A stretch of DNA of 35,282 nt from Candidatus Tayloriibacteriota bacterium (GCA_943350765.1 CALRAJ010000001.1:257066-292347); one strand, 5' to 3'. Counted from the stretch's first letter, positions 18,108 through 26,341 are shown. Made by a program: numbers and translations. Notes: a model not told the origin generated them from the sequence alone.

Positions 18108-18845
18108 ATGTCCCCGTGGCTCATCGGCACCTTGATCTCATCAAAAATGGTGGCAGAGAATGTAAAATCTCTCACATTTGAGGTGCCTGAATGGCTGGGA
18201 CACAAAACAGGTCAGCATTGTGATATTCGACTTACTTCAGAAACTGGGTATCAGGCACAGAGAAGTTATTCGATTGCAAATGCTCCGGTGGCGGGTTCAA
18301 AACTTATCGAATTTGGCGTACAACTTTTAGACAATGGCGAGGTGTCTCCATATCTATGGAACCTCGCACTTGGAGATAAAATTGAAATCAAAGGACCACT
18401 CGGCGGACATTTTATTTGGAGTACGGATATGCCCGGCCCCCTGGTACTTATCGCTGGAGGCTCTGGTATTGTACCTCTCATGGCGATGTTGAGGGAGCAT
18501 GTGGCCCAGAAAGAAAAAATTACTGAATCGACTAGGGACTTGGTACTACTTATAAGTGCTCGCACAAAAGAAAAAGTCCCGTATTACATCGAGCTCGAGG
18601 AGTATAAAAATCAGTATCCAAATATAAAAATATTTTACACACTCACCGAGAATACTCCCGCGGGTTGGACAGGATTTTCCAGACGAGTCGATAAAGAAAT
18701 GCTCGCAGAAATCGTCACAGGACTTTTAGATAAAATGCCTATGACCTATATTTGTGGCCCAACCGGCTTTGTCGAAGCTGTTGCAAACACCCTTGTTGAA
18801 ATAGGTATAAACCCTCACAGCATCAAAACGGAGCGGTTTGGGTAA
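18108..18845 (+). CDS. FNR-like FAD/NAD(P)-binding oxidoreductase (ferredoxin reductase type)
   Basis: RSYSIAN (RxYS FAD motif), GGSGIVPLMAM (NAD-binding), C-terminal ERFG. Its start lies 1 nt after the HD gene stop. Confidence 0.85.
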   Translation: MSPWLIGTLISSKMVAENVKSLTFEVPEWLGHKTGQHCDIRLTSETGYQAQRSYSIANAPVAGSKLIEFGVQLLDNGEVSPYLWNLALGDKIEIKGPLGGHFIWSTDMPGPLVLIAGGSGIVPLMAMLREHVAQKEKITESTRDLVLLISARTKEKVPYYIELEEYKNQYPNIKIFYTLTENTPAGWTGFSRRVDKEMLAEIVTGLLDKMPMTYICGPTGFVEAVANTLVEIGINPHSIKTERFG

Positions 18846-18880
18846 ACCACATCTACGCTATAGCGTAGATGTGGTTATTT
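18845..18880 (+). terminator. terminator hairpin after the redox operon
   Basis: AACCACATCTACGCTA/TAGCGTAGATGTGGTT is a 16-bp perfect palindrome followed by ATTT. Confidence 0.65.
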
Positions 18881-18907
18881 AGAACCAACCATAAAACCCT
18901 TACTCCT

Positions 18908-19006
18908 AGCCATTTGAACGGCTCAAGGAGCGGAGGCGACGAAGATAACGGGTCTAGCAAGACGCGTTACAAGGTTTTAGTAGCCTGTTGAGCCGTTCAA
19001 ATGGCT
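18908..19006. repeat. MITE-like element with terminal inverted repeats AGCCATTTGAACGGCTCAA
   Basis: 18908-18926 is the reverse complement of 18988-19006. The same arms form the hairpin at 12678-12715. The left-end sequence CGGCTCAAGGAGCGGAGGCGACGAAGAT recurs inverted at 19231-19258. Confidence 0.6.
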
Positions 19007-19083
19007 AAGTTGAGACACTAGGCTCTGTAGAGCTATGCTAAACGGCTAACTACCTAGATTGTACCCGTCTTACTAGCCTCTTT

Positions 19084-19232
19084 ACATTCGCTCTATTGAG
19101 CTCTTTGCACTTCGTTTCGCTAAACTCAGCATCTTCGCCGCCAGTACGGCTTGATACTCCCGCCACCAGTACTACGCTCTGGTGAGCTTTAGTACTCCCG
19201 CCACCAGTATGGCTCCTGTATGGCTCCTGTAT
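19084..19232. repeat. 149-bp repeat module, left copy (inverted relative to 22611-22759)
   Basis: By hand alignment the reverse complement of 22611-22759 matches 19084-19232 with 4 mismatches. It contains internal direct repeats of (A/G)TACTCCCGCCACCAGTA and TATGGCTCCTG. Thirteen-nt inverted repeats A(T/C)GCTAAACGGCT flank it at 19034-19046 and 19254-19266. Confidence 0.8.
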
Positions 19233-19341
19233 CTTCATCGTCTCCGCTCCTCGAGCCGTTTAGCGTGGCTTTAAAACCCAAAAACATTGACCAAATAGAC
19301 TATATATTGGGCGAATTTTTATTTTTATTTTTATCAAAAAA

Positions 19342-20190
19342 CTATTTCCTCGGTTTGGAATATATTTTGTTTCCAAAACGAAAATCGATATACTCTACAC
19401 TTGATAAGTATTTTTGAAGGGTGGTGATAGCTACTTGAGCGCTTATAAAAGTATTGAAAGCTGAAAGGCTTTTTACATACGGCTGAGCAATGCTGAATCT
19501 AAGTACTGTTGAAGCTGAAACGGTTTTTCCAAAAACATACACATTCACATCTCCGTCATGAACTCGCACTTGTTTACTTTCCACCCCTACAGATACGAGA
19601 GTACGAACAAATTGGTCCAAGTTTCGAAAATCAGTAGTCGGTAAATAGTGGGCTCCCAATACCACCCCATTACCTACCGCCCCACCGTAATACTGCATGT
19701 ACACATTATCAGAAAAAGTCGGTGCCTCGGCAAAAATAAGCCCTTCGGAATCCATGAAGTAGCATTTTGAATTATCAGTAGACAAAACGACTACCGTGGC
19801 ACCGCACCAGAGTGCATAAGGGTTGCGTTCTTGTATTGAAACTGTAATCCCCCTCAGACCATCTCTCTTTACTTCTACATATATTATTTTCAAAAAAGTC
19901 TCTGGGAGAGTAAGGAGGATTTTTTGTTTTGGGTAGAAAAGAGTATTGTTTCTAGGGATCACATACCCGTATGAGCCAGCGAGGGTTCTTTCCACCGCAC
20001 TTTTTACCTCAGCCTCTGATAGAGAAGTACTACCCGTGATCGAAATGCTCTGGATACGGAATCTTTCAATATGAAAAACAAAAATAATACTGCCAAAAAT
20101 ACATATTACCAAAACAAAAGAAATAAGAAGTCTTCTAATGAGAGCCTTCTCCCTTTTCTTTGCTAGTTTTTTTGTTGGGGTGTACGACAT
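19342..20190 (-). CDS. ftsQ: cell division protein FtsQ/DivIB-like (N-terminal TM + POTRA)
   Basis: A basic N-terminus and TM helix are followed by FRIQSISITGSTSLSEAEVKSAVE, a POTRA_FtsQ-type motif. Confidence 0.7.
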   Translation of the reverse strand: MSYTPTKKLAKKREKALIRRLLISFVLVICIFGSIIFVFHIERFRIQSISITGSTSLSEAEVKSAVERTLAGSYGYVIPRNNTLFYPKQKILLTLPETFLKIIYVEVKRDGLRGITVSIQERNPYALWCGATVVVLSTDNSKCYFMDSEGLIFAEAPTFSDNVYMQYYGGAVGNGVVLGAHYLPTTDFRNLDQFVRTLVSVGVESKQVRVHDGDVNVYVFGKTVSASTVLRFSIAQPYVKSLSAFNTFISAQVAITTLQKYLSSVEYIDFRFGNKIYSKPRK

Positions 20191-20235
20191 TGTTGGGTAG
20201 GCTAAAGTCTAAAGTCGCCAGTCGAAACTTTTTTT

Positions 20236-20347
20236 GTATTATTCTCCCTTTGTAAAGGGAGCACCGCCAGTACTATGGCGTGGAGGGATTTAGAAATCAA
20301 AATCCCTCGGCTTGAAGCCTACTCCCTTTCTAAAGGGAGAATAATAC
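20236..20347. repeat. 112-bp structured inverted-repeat element between serS and ftsQ
   Basis: The 26-nt arms GTATTATTCTCCCTTTGTAAAGGGAG (20236-20261) and CTCCCTTTCTAAAGGGAGAATAATAC (20322-20347) are each themselves a hairpin. The core holds three small hairpins and the CCGCCAGTAC motif shared with the 149-bp module. Confidence 0.65.
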
Positions 20348-20359
20348 AACCTGACGAAT

Positions 20360-21634
20360 CTATGCCTTTTTAGCAATCACCGTTTTCCCTCCCATATATT
20401 TCTGAAGTACCTGCGGGATCAGTATCGAGCCGTCAGCCTGCTGAAAATTTTCCACCAATGACACGAGGATACGCGGGGTTGGAATGGCAGTACTATTGAG
20501 TGAGTGGGCGTATCGCATTTTGCCCAGTGAGTCTCGATAGCGTATGTTGAGACGGCGTGTTTGGAAGTCATGGAAGTATGATGCAGAACTGATCTCACGA
20601 TATGTGTTTTCATTTGGTACCCAGAGTTCAATATCGTACTTTTTCACCTGACCAAGGCCGAGATCCCCACCACAGTTGACCACCGTGTGATACGGAATGC
20701 CGAGAGACTCGATAAACTCCTCAGTGTTCCTATTTACAGCCTCATGCTGAGCCACAGACTCCGTATGGCTCGCTTCACACAAAACCACCTGCTCTACCTT
20801 ATAAAACTCGTGTACACGGATGAGCCCTTTTACATCTTTACCATGACTTCCCGCTTCTCGTCTAAAACATGGAGAAAAGGCCAAATATTTTTTAGGTAAA
20901 TCTTTTTGCTCGAGAATCTCATCGCTGTGAAAGGCCATCGTCGCCACCTCCCCAGTACCCGCGAGAAAATCATCGTCTTGAGTCTTGTACAAATCCTCCT
21001 CACCCTGTGGTAGGTAGCCTGTACCAAAAAGTGTCTCGCGTCGTACTAGTGACGGCACGATCATCGGAGCAAAATCTTTTTTCAAAAAGAAATCCATCGC
21101 GTACTGCCAAATAGCAAAAGACAAAAGTACTGCGTCATTTTTCAAATAGTATCCACGAAAGCCTGCCACTTTGGTGCCTCGGTCAAAATCAGCCATGTCG
21201 AGGTTCTGCATGAGCTCAATATGGCCTTTTGCAGTAAATGTAAACGCTGGCTTTTCTCCCCATGTCTTTACCTCTTTGTTATCCGCATCGCTCACCCCAT
21301 CTGGCACGGACATGTCGGGGATGTTTGGCACTTGGAGCATGAGAGTCTGCCATTTTTTCAAAACAGTTTTGAGTTCGGTCTCGGCTTTTTCCAAATCTTC
21401 CTTCACAATCTTCATCTCGGTAATCATTGACATCTTGAGAGCTGGGTCAGCCACCCCAACTATCTTCTGACTGAACGCATTTTGCTCTGCTCGCTTTGCG
21501 TCTGTTTTTGCAGTCAGCTCACGGCGAGTAGTGTCGAGGGCAATGAGCTCAGCCACATCAAATTTGATATGCTTTTTCTTTGCACCGAGGTCGATCAGGT
21601 CTTTGTTTTCGAGAATAAATTTTATATCCAACAT
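20360..21634 (-). CDS. serS: seryl-tRNA synthetase
   Basis: MLDIKFILENKDLI N-terminus with a coiled-coil arm. Class II motifs FRREAGSHGKDVKGLIRVHEF and GLGQ. The start is set at ATG 21634. The ORF-track start at 21670 is a TTG. Confidence 0.92.
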   Translation of the reverse strand: MLDIKFILENKDLIDLGAKKKHIKFDVAELIALDTTRRELTAKTDAKRAEQNAFSQKIVGVADPALKMSMITEMKIVKEDLEKAETELKTVLKKWQTLMLQVPNIPDMSVPDGVSDADNKEVKTWGEKPAFTFTAKGHIELMQNLDMADFDRGTKVAGFRGYYLKNDAVLLSFAIWQYAMDFFLKKDFAPMIVPSLVRRETLFGTGYLPQGEEDLYKTQDDDFLAGTGEVATMAFHSDEILEQKDLPKKYLAFSPCFRREAGSHGKDVKGLIRVHEFYKVEQVVLCEASHTESVAQHEAVNRNTEEFIESLGIPYHTVVNCGGDLGLGQVKKYDIELWVPNENTYREISSASYFHDFQTRRLNIRYRDSLGKMRYAHSLNSTAIPTPRILVSLVENFQQADGSILIPQVLQKYMGGKTVIAKKA

Positions 21635-21669
21635 TCCATCATCATACCAAAAATGATATAATAAATCCA

Positions 21670-22533
21670 ATGGTACACCTCATTCGAAAACTTCGGGCAA
21701 AAGAATTCCCTGAAGCACTACGGGAAATCAATGACCCTCCGGCCGAGCTCTATCTACAAGGTGTACTTCCTAAAAAAGATAGCAAAATCCTCTGCGTAGT
21801 CGGCTCACGCAAGTTTAGTACTTATGGCAAGGAGGCTTGTGAGAGTATTATTGCGGGACTGGCTGGCTACCCCATTACCATAGTCTCTGGCTTGGCACTC
21901 GGTATAGATAGTATCGCTCATAAAGCGGCTCTTTCGGCCGGACTGCAGACCCTCGCCGTGCCCGGCTCGGGTCTCGACCCAAAAGTCTTATACCCAAGAA
22001 GTAATCTCGTGCTAGCCGAGAAAATCCTCGAGGCAGGTGGTGGAATACTTTCCGAGTTTGATCCACTTTTCCGTGCCACACCCTACAGCTTTCCTCAGCG
22101 CAACAGAATTATGGCTGGACTCTCTCACGCGGTTCTCATCATCGAAGCTGAGATTAAATCTGGCACACTCATCACTAGCAAATTTGCTACCGAATACAAC
22201 AGGGATGTGTTTGCGGTGCCGGGATCCATTTTTTCTCAAACTTCTGCCGGCCCACATATGTTGATACGCCTCGGAGCGACGCCGATACGGAGTGGTAAAG
22301 ACATACTCGAGGCTTTTGGTTTTGACACTCAAGAAAGTCTGCCTTTTGAACAGCGTTATGCCGACGCCTCAGCTGACGAAATGAAAGTGATCACTCTCCT
22401 CGCCTCACCCTGTAGCAAAGACGACCTTCTGCGATCCCTCGATATGCCCGTCCGTGATGCCAACACCCTCCTCTCAATGATGGAAATCAAGGGAATGATT
22501 TCGGATCGAGGTGGGGATATACGCCTTGTGTAG
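21670..22533 (+). CDS. dprA: DNA processing protein DprA/Smf
   Basis: VVGSRKFSTYGKEA, SGLALGIDSIAHKAAL and FPQRNRIMAGL are DprA Rossmann-fold motifs. C-terminal winged-helix-like tail. Confidence 0.9.
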   Translation: MVHLIRKLRAKEFPEALREINDPPAELYLQGVLPKKDSKILCVVGSRKFSTYGKEACESIIAGLAGYPITIVSGLALGIDSIAHKAALSAGLQTLAVPGSGLDPKVLYPRSNLVLAEKILEAGGGILSEFDPLFRATPYSFPQRNRIMAGLSHAVLIIEAEIKSGTLITSKFATEYNRDVFAVPGSIFSQTSAGPHMLIRLGATPIRSGKDILEAFGFDTQESLPFEQRYADASADEMKVITLLASPCSKDDLLRSLDMPVRDANTLLSMMEIKGMISDRGGDIRLV

Positions 22534-22540
22534 AAGCCAG

Positions 22541-22594
22541 ATTCAGGAGCCATACTGGTGGCGGTAGTACTGAGTTCACCAGAGCGAATGTGCA
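22541..22594. repeat. 54-bp deletion derivative of the 149-bp module (third, partial copy)
   Basis: ATTCAGGAGCCATACTGGTGGCGGTAGTACTGAGTTCACCAGAGCGAATGTGCA joins the two ends of the module. It is in direct orientation with 22611-22759. Confidence 0.7.
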
Positions 22595-22610
22595 CGATTC
22601 AAGAATTATG

Positions 22611-22759
22611 ATTCAGGAGCCATACAGGAGCCATACTGGTGGCGGGAGTACTAAAGCTCACCAGAGCGTAGTACTGGTGGCGGGAGTATCAAGCCGTACT
22701 GGCGGCGAAGATGCTGAGTTTAGCAAAACGGAGTGCAAAGAGCTCAGTAGAGCGAATGT
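22611..22759. repeat. 149-bp repeat module, right copy (inverted relative to 19084-19232)
   Basis: See 19084-19232. The two copies are separated by 3378 bp carrying ftsQ-like, serS and dprA. Confidence 0.8.
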
Positions 22760-22782
22760 GCATGAATAATAGATAAAACAAG

Positions 22783-22820
22783 AAAATCCCCATCTCAGCT
22801 ATAGCTGAGATGGGGATTTT
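22783..22820. terminator. bidirectional terminator between dprA and the toxin-antitoxin operon
   Basis: AAAATCCCCATCTCAGCT-AT-AGCTGAGATGGGGATTTT forms an 18-bp stem with A/T runs on both sides. Confidence 0.75.
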
Positions 22821-22830
22821 CTTCAGACAT

Positions 22831-23088
22831 CTACCCGTACAAATTGCTATGGGTATCAATAATTGAAAACTGGACACCCTCGCCAGTCACTTCATAAAAT
22901 ACTCGCCAATCGCCTGTGATATTGATACTTCGGTATTTGGCATACTTGCCGTGGAGTGCGTGATTGCTCAGTTCTGGCGCAAATGGATTGTCGACAAAAA
23001 GTACGAGTCTCTCAGCAAATTTTTCCCGCACTTTGCTCGGCAATTTTTTATACTGTTTTTGAAACTGCTTATGGTAGTCGATGCGCAT
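22831..23088 (-). CDS. type II toxin, RelE/ParE superfamily (YafQ-like mRNA interferase)
   Basis: 85 aa. LSNHALHGKYAKYRSINITGDWRVFYE is typical of RelE/YafQ toxins. It lies 9 nt downstream of the antitoxin gene. Confidence 0.8.
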   Translation of the reverse strand: MRIDYHKQFQKQYKKLPSKVREKFAERLVLFVDNPFAPELSNHALHGKYAKYRSINITGDWRVFYEVTGEGVQFSIIDTHSNLYG

Positions 23089-23097
23089 AGCAGAAGA

Positions 23098-23370
23098 CTA
23101 TGCGTTTAAACTTTTGACCATATCCTCGGCGGAGAAAAACGGACCCACCATATTCTTGCCTTTTTTTGCTTCAGATGAGATTTTGTTCAAAAGTGCAAGC
23201 GTTTTCTTGTTGGGCATTGGGTGGCTTGAAAAGGTCACTGTCCGGGCACCTACAAACTCCTTTATGTTTTGATTGATCACGGCATTCAATGAAACACCAA
23301 GTGACTGAGCCACCTTTTGGGCTTCTTGTTTAAGTGCCTTATCAATTTTGATACTGAGCATGGTTTGCAT
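23098..23370 (-). CDS. type II antitoxin, RelB/DinJ family (ribbon-helix-helix)
   Basis: MLSIKIDKALKQEAQKVAQSLGVSLNAVINQNIKEFV matches the DinJ-type RHH N-terminus. It sits upstream of the toxin. An alternative start is ATG 23361. Confidence 0.75.
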   Translation of the reverse strand: MQTMLSIKIDKALKQEAQKVAQSLGVSLNAVINQNIKEFVGARTVTFSSHPMPNKKTLALLNKISSEAKKGKNMVGPFFSAEDMVKSLNA

Positions 23371-23389
23371 AGGGGTAAATATATTACTG

Positions 23390-23419
23390 ATATATCTAAA
23401 GTATATACTTTAGATATAT
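23390..23419. promoter_or_regulatory. 30-bp perfect palindrome, a likely operator of the toxin-antitoxin operon
   Basis: ATATATCTAAAGTAT/ATACTTTAGATATAT lies 20 nt upstream of the antitoxin start. RHH antitoxins classically autoregulate through palindromic operators. Confidence 0.5.
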
Positions 23420-23493
23420 ATTGTCAATCCACCTATCTACACCACCCGAAACGGTGGCTGACCCCATTATTCTATATTATATCCCATGGGAAT

Positions 23494-23527
23494 AAAAAAA
23501 ACCTATCTCAGCTATAGCTGAAATAGG
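23494..23527 (-). terminator. rho-independent terminator after the 118-aa hypothetical gene
   Basis: Minus-strand hairpin CCTATTTCAGCT-AT-AGCTGAGATAGG followed by T8. Its core is paralogous to the hairpin at 22783-22820. Confidence 0.7.
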
Positions 23528-23564
23528 GTTTCACATTAGCAAGGACGGTCCTTGCTAATCAATT

Positions 23565-23921
23565 CTATTCTTCATCCTCTTTCATCAGAACCTTGACTTC
23601 GCTCTTGCTTCTTGGGCGGAGTTTATAAACAACACGAGGATTGTCGGCTTCGCTGTCTAAAAAACCCTGATGCGTATAATTCCAACTACAACCCTTTGGA
23701 TCTTTTGTCCACTTGGCCTCAGCATCCGCAAGAATTTTCTTCCACTTCTCTTCCGCTTCAACTTGAGCAAGCTTTTTAGTGGTAGTGTCCAGAGCAATAT
23801 TCACGGATTTCCTAACATCAACAAACGCACCACCGTCACCAGCCCCACCACAGCAACCAGCTAGGTCATCCCATACCATATGCGTCTTTGCATACACCAA
23901 ATACCATCTCCCATTTTTCAT
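23565..23921 (-). CDS. hypothetical protein (118 aa), no recognisable domain
   Basis: ORF with an AAAGGA SD-like sequence upstream of ATG 23921 and its own terminator. Acidic C-terminus. Confidence 0.55.
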   Translation of the reverse strand: MKNGRWYLVYAKTHMVWDDLAGCCGGAGDGGAFVDVRKSVNIALDTTTKKLAQVEAEEKWKKILADAEAKWTKDPKGCSWNYTHQGFLDSEADNPRVVYKLRPRSKSEVKVLMKEDEE

Positions 23922-24051
23922 ATTTTTTCCTTTGAAGGTTCTCTTTTTATTGGAATGTCTTATCCGAATCTAATGATAAAATAACATACCCCATAACAAA
24001 AATCAAATAGCAAATTTGCATAAACAAACACTCCCATGTAATACTAGCGAG

Positions 24052-26226
24052 ATGAAACTACTGATCGTTGAGTCACCAGCAAAAGCAAAAACTATTTCAA
24101 AATACCTTGATGGCAAGTATGTCGTGAAGGCTTCTGTTGGACATATCCGTGACCTTCCAAAGAGCAATAAAAAAGCGATAGACATCGAAGCGGGCTTTGT
24201 ACCGACATACGAAATAAGTAAAGGCAAAGAATCAGTAGTAGCCGAAATCAAAGCCCTAGCAAAAAAGGCAGACGAGATACTGCTCGCTACCGACCCCGAC
24301 CGAGAAGGAGAAGCGATCTCTTGGCATATTGCTGAGGCAACAGGGCTCAAGAAACCAAAGCGTGTCGTCTTTTACGAAATCACTAAAGAAGCTGTCATCG
24401 AAGCAATCAAAAATCCTCGAGAGATCGACCAGAATCTCCGCAAGGCTCAGGAGGCTCGCCGTGTCCTCGACCGACTCGTGGGCTACGACCTATCTGGCTT
24501 GATTTGGAAAAAAGTACGCTACGGCCTCTCCGCTGGTCGCGTGCAGTCCCCCGCTCTCCGCATTATTATGGAACGCGAGCGAGAAATCCGCGCATTTATC
24601 TCTGAAAAGTTTTGGGTGATTACTGCTGATACAAAGACAGCAAACAAAATTGCCTTACTTTTGACCTGCGCCGAAGAACCTCGAGATAAAAGTCTAGTAG
24701 ACAAAATTGTTGAAGTCGGCAAAAAAGAATCGTGGGTAGTGGTAGATGTAAATGAGACCGAAGCCAAGCGTTCGCCCAAAGCGCCATTCATCACCTCGAC
24801 CCTTCAGCAGACCGCCAGTACTCGCCTCGGCTTTGCCCCTTCTCGCACCATGGGAGTGGCACAGCGACTCTACGAGGCCGGTCTCATCACCTACATGCGT
24901 ACCGATAGTACCAACCTCAGCGCCGTGGCCGTAGGGCAAATCCTGTCTACTATAGAAAGCAAATATGGCAGGGAGCTCGTCAGCCCTCGTACCTTTACCA
25001 AAAAGAGTAAGAATGCGCAGGAAGCACACGAGGCTATCCGCCCCACTCATATGGCACACGACAGCGCAGGAAGCACTCCCGAACAGCAGGCACTCTACGC
25101 GCTCATCTGGCAACGCACCATCGCTTCGCAGATGGCAGATGCAAAAATTTTGAGAAGCAAAATAGAAGTGACGGTGGGAAGTGATACTACTATCCCCCAT
25201 TTCTCAGCCAACGGCTCACGCACCCTTTTCCCCGGTTGGCTCCTCGCCGACCCTGATGCACGCGGTGAAGATGTGGAGCTTCCAAAAGTGACCGTGGGAG
25301 AAAAACTTACTTTTGTAGATATTCATACCGAAGAAAAAGCTACTGAACCGCCACCAAGGTACTCCGAAGCTGGTCTCGTGAAGGAGCTCGAAAAAAGGGG
25401 TATCGGCCGACCGTCTACATACGCGGCGATTATTAAAACTCTCGAGGAGCGTGGCTATGTCGAGAAAATAAACAAAGCTCTCTGTCCGACCGACACAGGG
25501 GATGTGGTCAGTACTTTTATTGAGGATAATTTCAAAGACTACATCAGCGACACCTTTACTGCAGAGATGGAAGACAAGCTCGATGATATTGCCAACGGTG
25601 ACCGAAGCTATGAAAAGACCCTTGGTGATTTCTACAAGCCATTTTTGAAAGATGTAAAATCAAAAGAGAAATCTGCCAAAATTACCGATATGGGTGAAGC
25701 TGACCCAAAACACATTTGTCCAAAGTGTGGCAAGAGTATGATGATCAAGCTCGGCAAAGGTGGACGATTCCTTTCGTGTAAAGACTTCCCTGATTGCCTA
25801 GGTGCTCGTACGATAGATGGTGTCGAGCAAGCTGGGCCAAAAGAGACAGGTGAATCATGTCCAGAATGTAAGACGGGAAAGCTCATCGAGCGAGATGGTA
25901 AGTTTGGCCGATTTATTTCCTGCAACAAATATCCAAAGTGTAAGTTTATTAAAAAAGATGCCGAGCTCGAAAGGCAGAACTCGACCGGTGTAGAGTGTCC
26001 TACCTGTAAGACTGGTGTGATGACCGAACGCAAGGGACGCTTTGGGCTTTTCTATAGCTGTTCAAATTATCCAAAGTGTAAAAACGCAATCAAGGCTCGC
26101 CCTACCGGCAATATCTGCCCAATGTGCCAGGCACTCATGATGGATGGCACGAAGACGATACCAGAAAGATGCAGTAATAAATTATGTCCCAACCATAACC
26201 CTCATAAACTAGATAAGGTGAAATAA
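24052..26226 (+). CDS. topA: DNA topoisomerase I with C-terminal C4 zinc-ribbon repeats
   Basis: MKLLIVESPAKAKTISKYL (TOPRIM), DPDREGEAISWH, catalytic region LITYMRTDS, then four CxxC...CxxC modules. The start is set at ATG 24052. The ORF-track start at 24016 is a TTG. Confidence 0.93.
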   Translation: MKLLIVESPAKAKTISKYLDGKYVVKASVGHIRDLPKSNKKAIDIEAGFVPTYEISKGKESVVAEIKALAKKADEILLATDPDREGEAISWHIAEATGLKKPKRVVFYEITKEAVIEAIKNPREIDQNLRKAQEARRVLDRLVGYDLSGLIWKKVRYGLSAGRVQSPALRIIMEREREIRAFISEKFWVITADTKTANKIALLLTCAEEPRDKSLVDKIVEVGKKESWVVVDVNETEAKRSPKAPFITSTLQQTASTRLGFAPSRTMGVAQRLYEAGLITYMRTDSTNLSAVAVGQILSTIESKYGRELVSPRTFTKKSKNAQEAHEAIRPTHMAHDSAGSTPEQQALYALIWQRTIASQMADAKILRSKIEVTVGSDTTIPHFSANGSRTLFPGWLLADPDARGEDVELPKVTVGEKLTFVDIHTEEKATEPPPRYSEAGLVKELEKRGIGRPSTYAAIIKTLEERGYVEKINKALCPTDTGDVVSTFIEDNFKDYISDTFTAEMEDKLDDIANGDRSYEKTLGDFYKPFLKDVKSKEKSAKITDMGEADPKHICPKCGKSMMIKLGKGGRFLSCKDFPDCLGARTIDGVEQAGPKETGESCPECKTGKLIERDGKFGRFISCNKYPKCKFIKKDAELERQNSTGVECPTCKTGVMTERKGRFGLFYSCSNYPKCKNAIKARPTGNICPMCQALMMDGTKTIPERCSNKLCPNHNPHKLDKVK

Positions 26227-26257
26227 CTGTGCGTAGTGCCTAATCCATATTAGATTA

Positions 26258-26297
26258 CCATACACAAATAAAATGCGACCGCATATTATTTGTGTAT
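26258..26297. repeat. 40-nt hairpin-forming repeat, copy 1 (downstream of topA and the PaaX-like gene)
   Basis: CCATACACAAATAAAATGCGACCGCATATTATTTGTGTAT. It matches 26908-26947 at 32 of 40 positions in the same orientation, and the asymmetric core CGACCGC is conserved. Confidence 0.6.
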
Positions 26298-26341
26298 ATA
26301 CATAATTATAAAATTTGTTCAATGTGGCGATATATATCAGA

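Noticed and set aside
19050-19238. Paralogous small ORFs inside the two 149-bp repeat copies: 62 aa on the minus strand here, and a 53-aa MIQEPYRSHTGGGST... ORF at 22608-22769 on the plus strand.
   Set aside because: There is no convincing SD (absent, or only 3 nt from the ATG). All three substitutions within the shared coding part are non-synonymous. The C-termini differ, and the third partial copy breaks the frame. This is more consistent with a non-coding repeat.
22541-22759. Tandem GC-rich repeats that could be mistaken for a CRISPR array.
   Set aside because: The repeats are irregular in length and spacing, have no unique spacers and no cas genes. They are copies or deletion variants of the 149-bp module.
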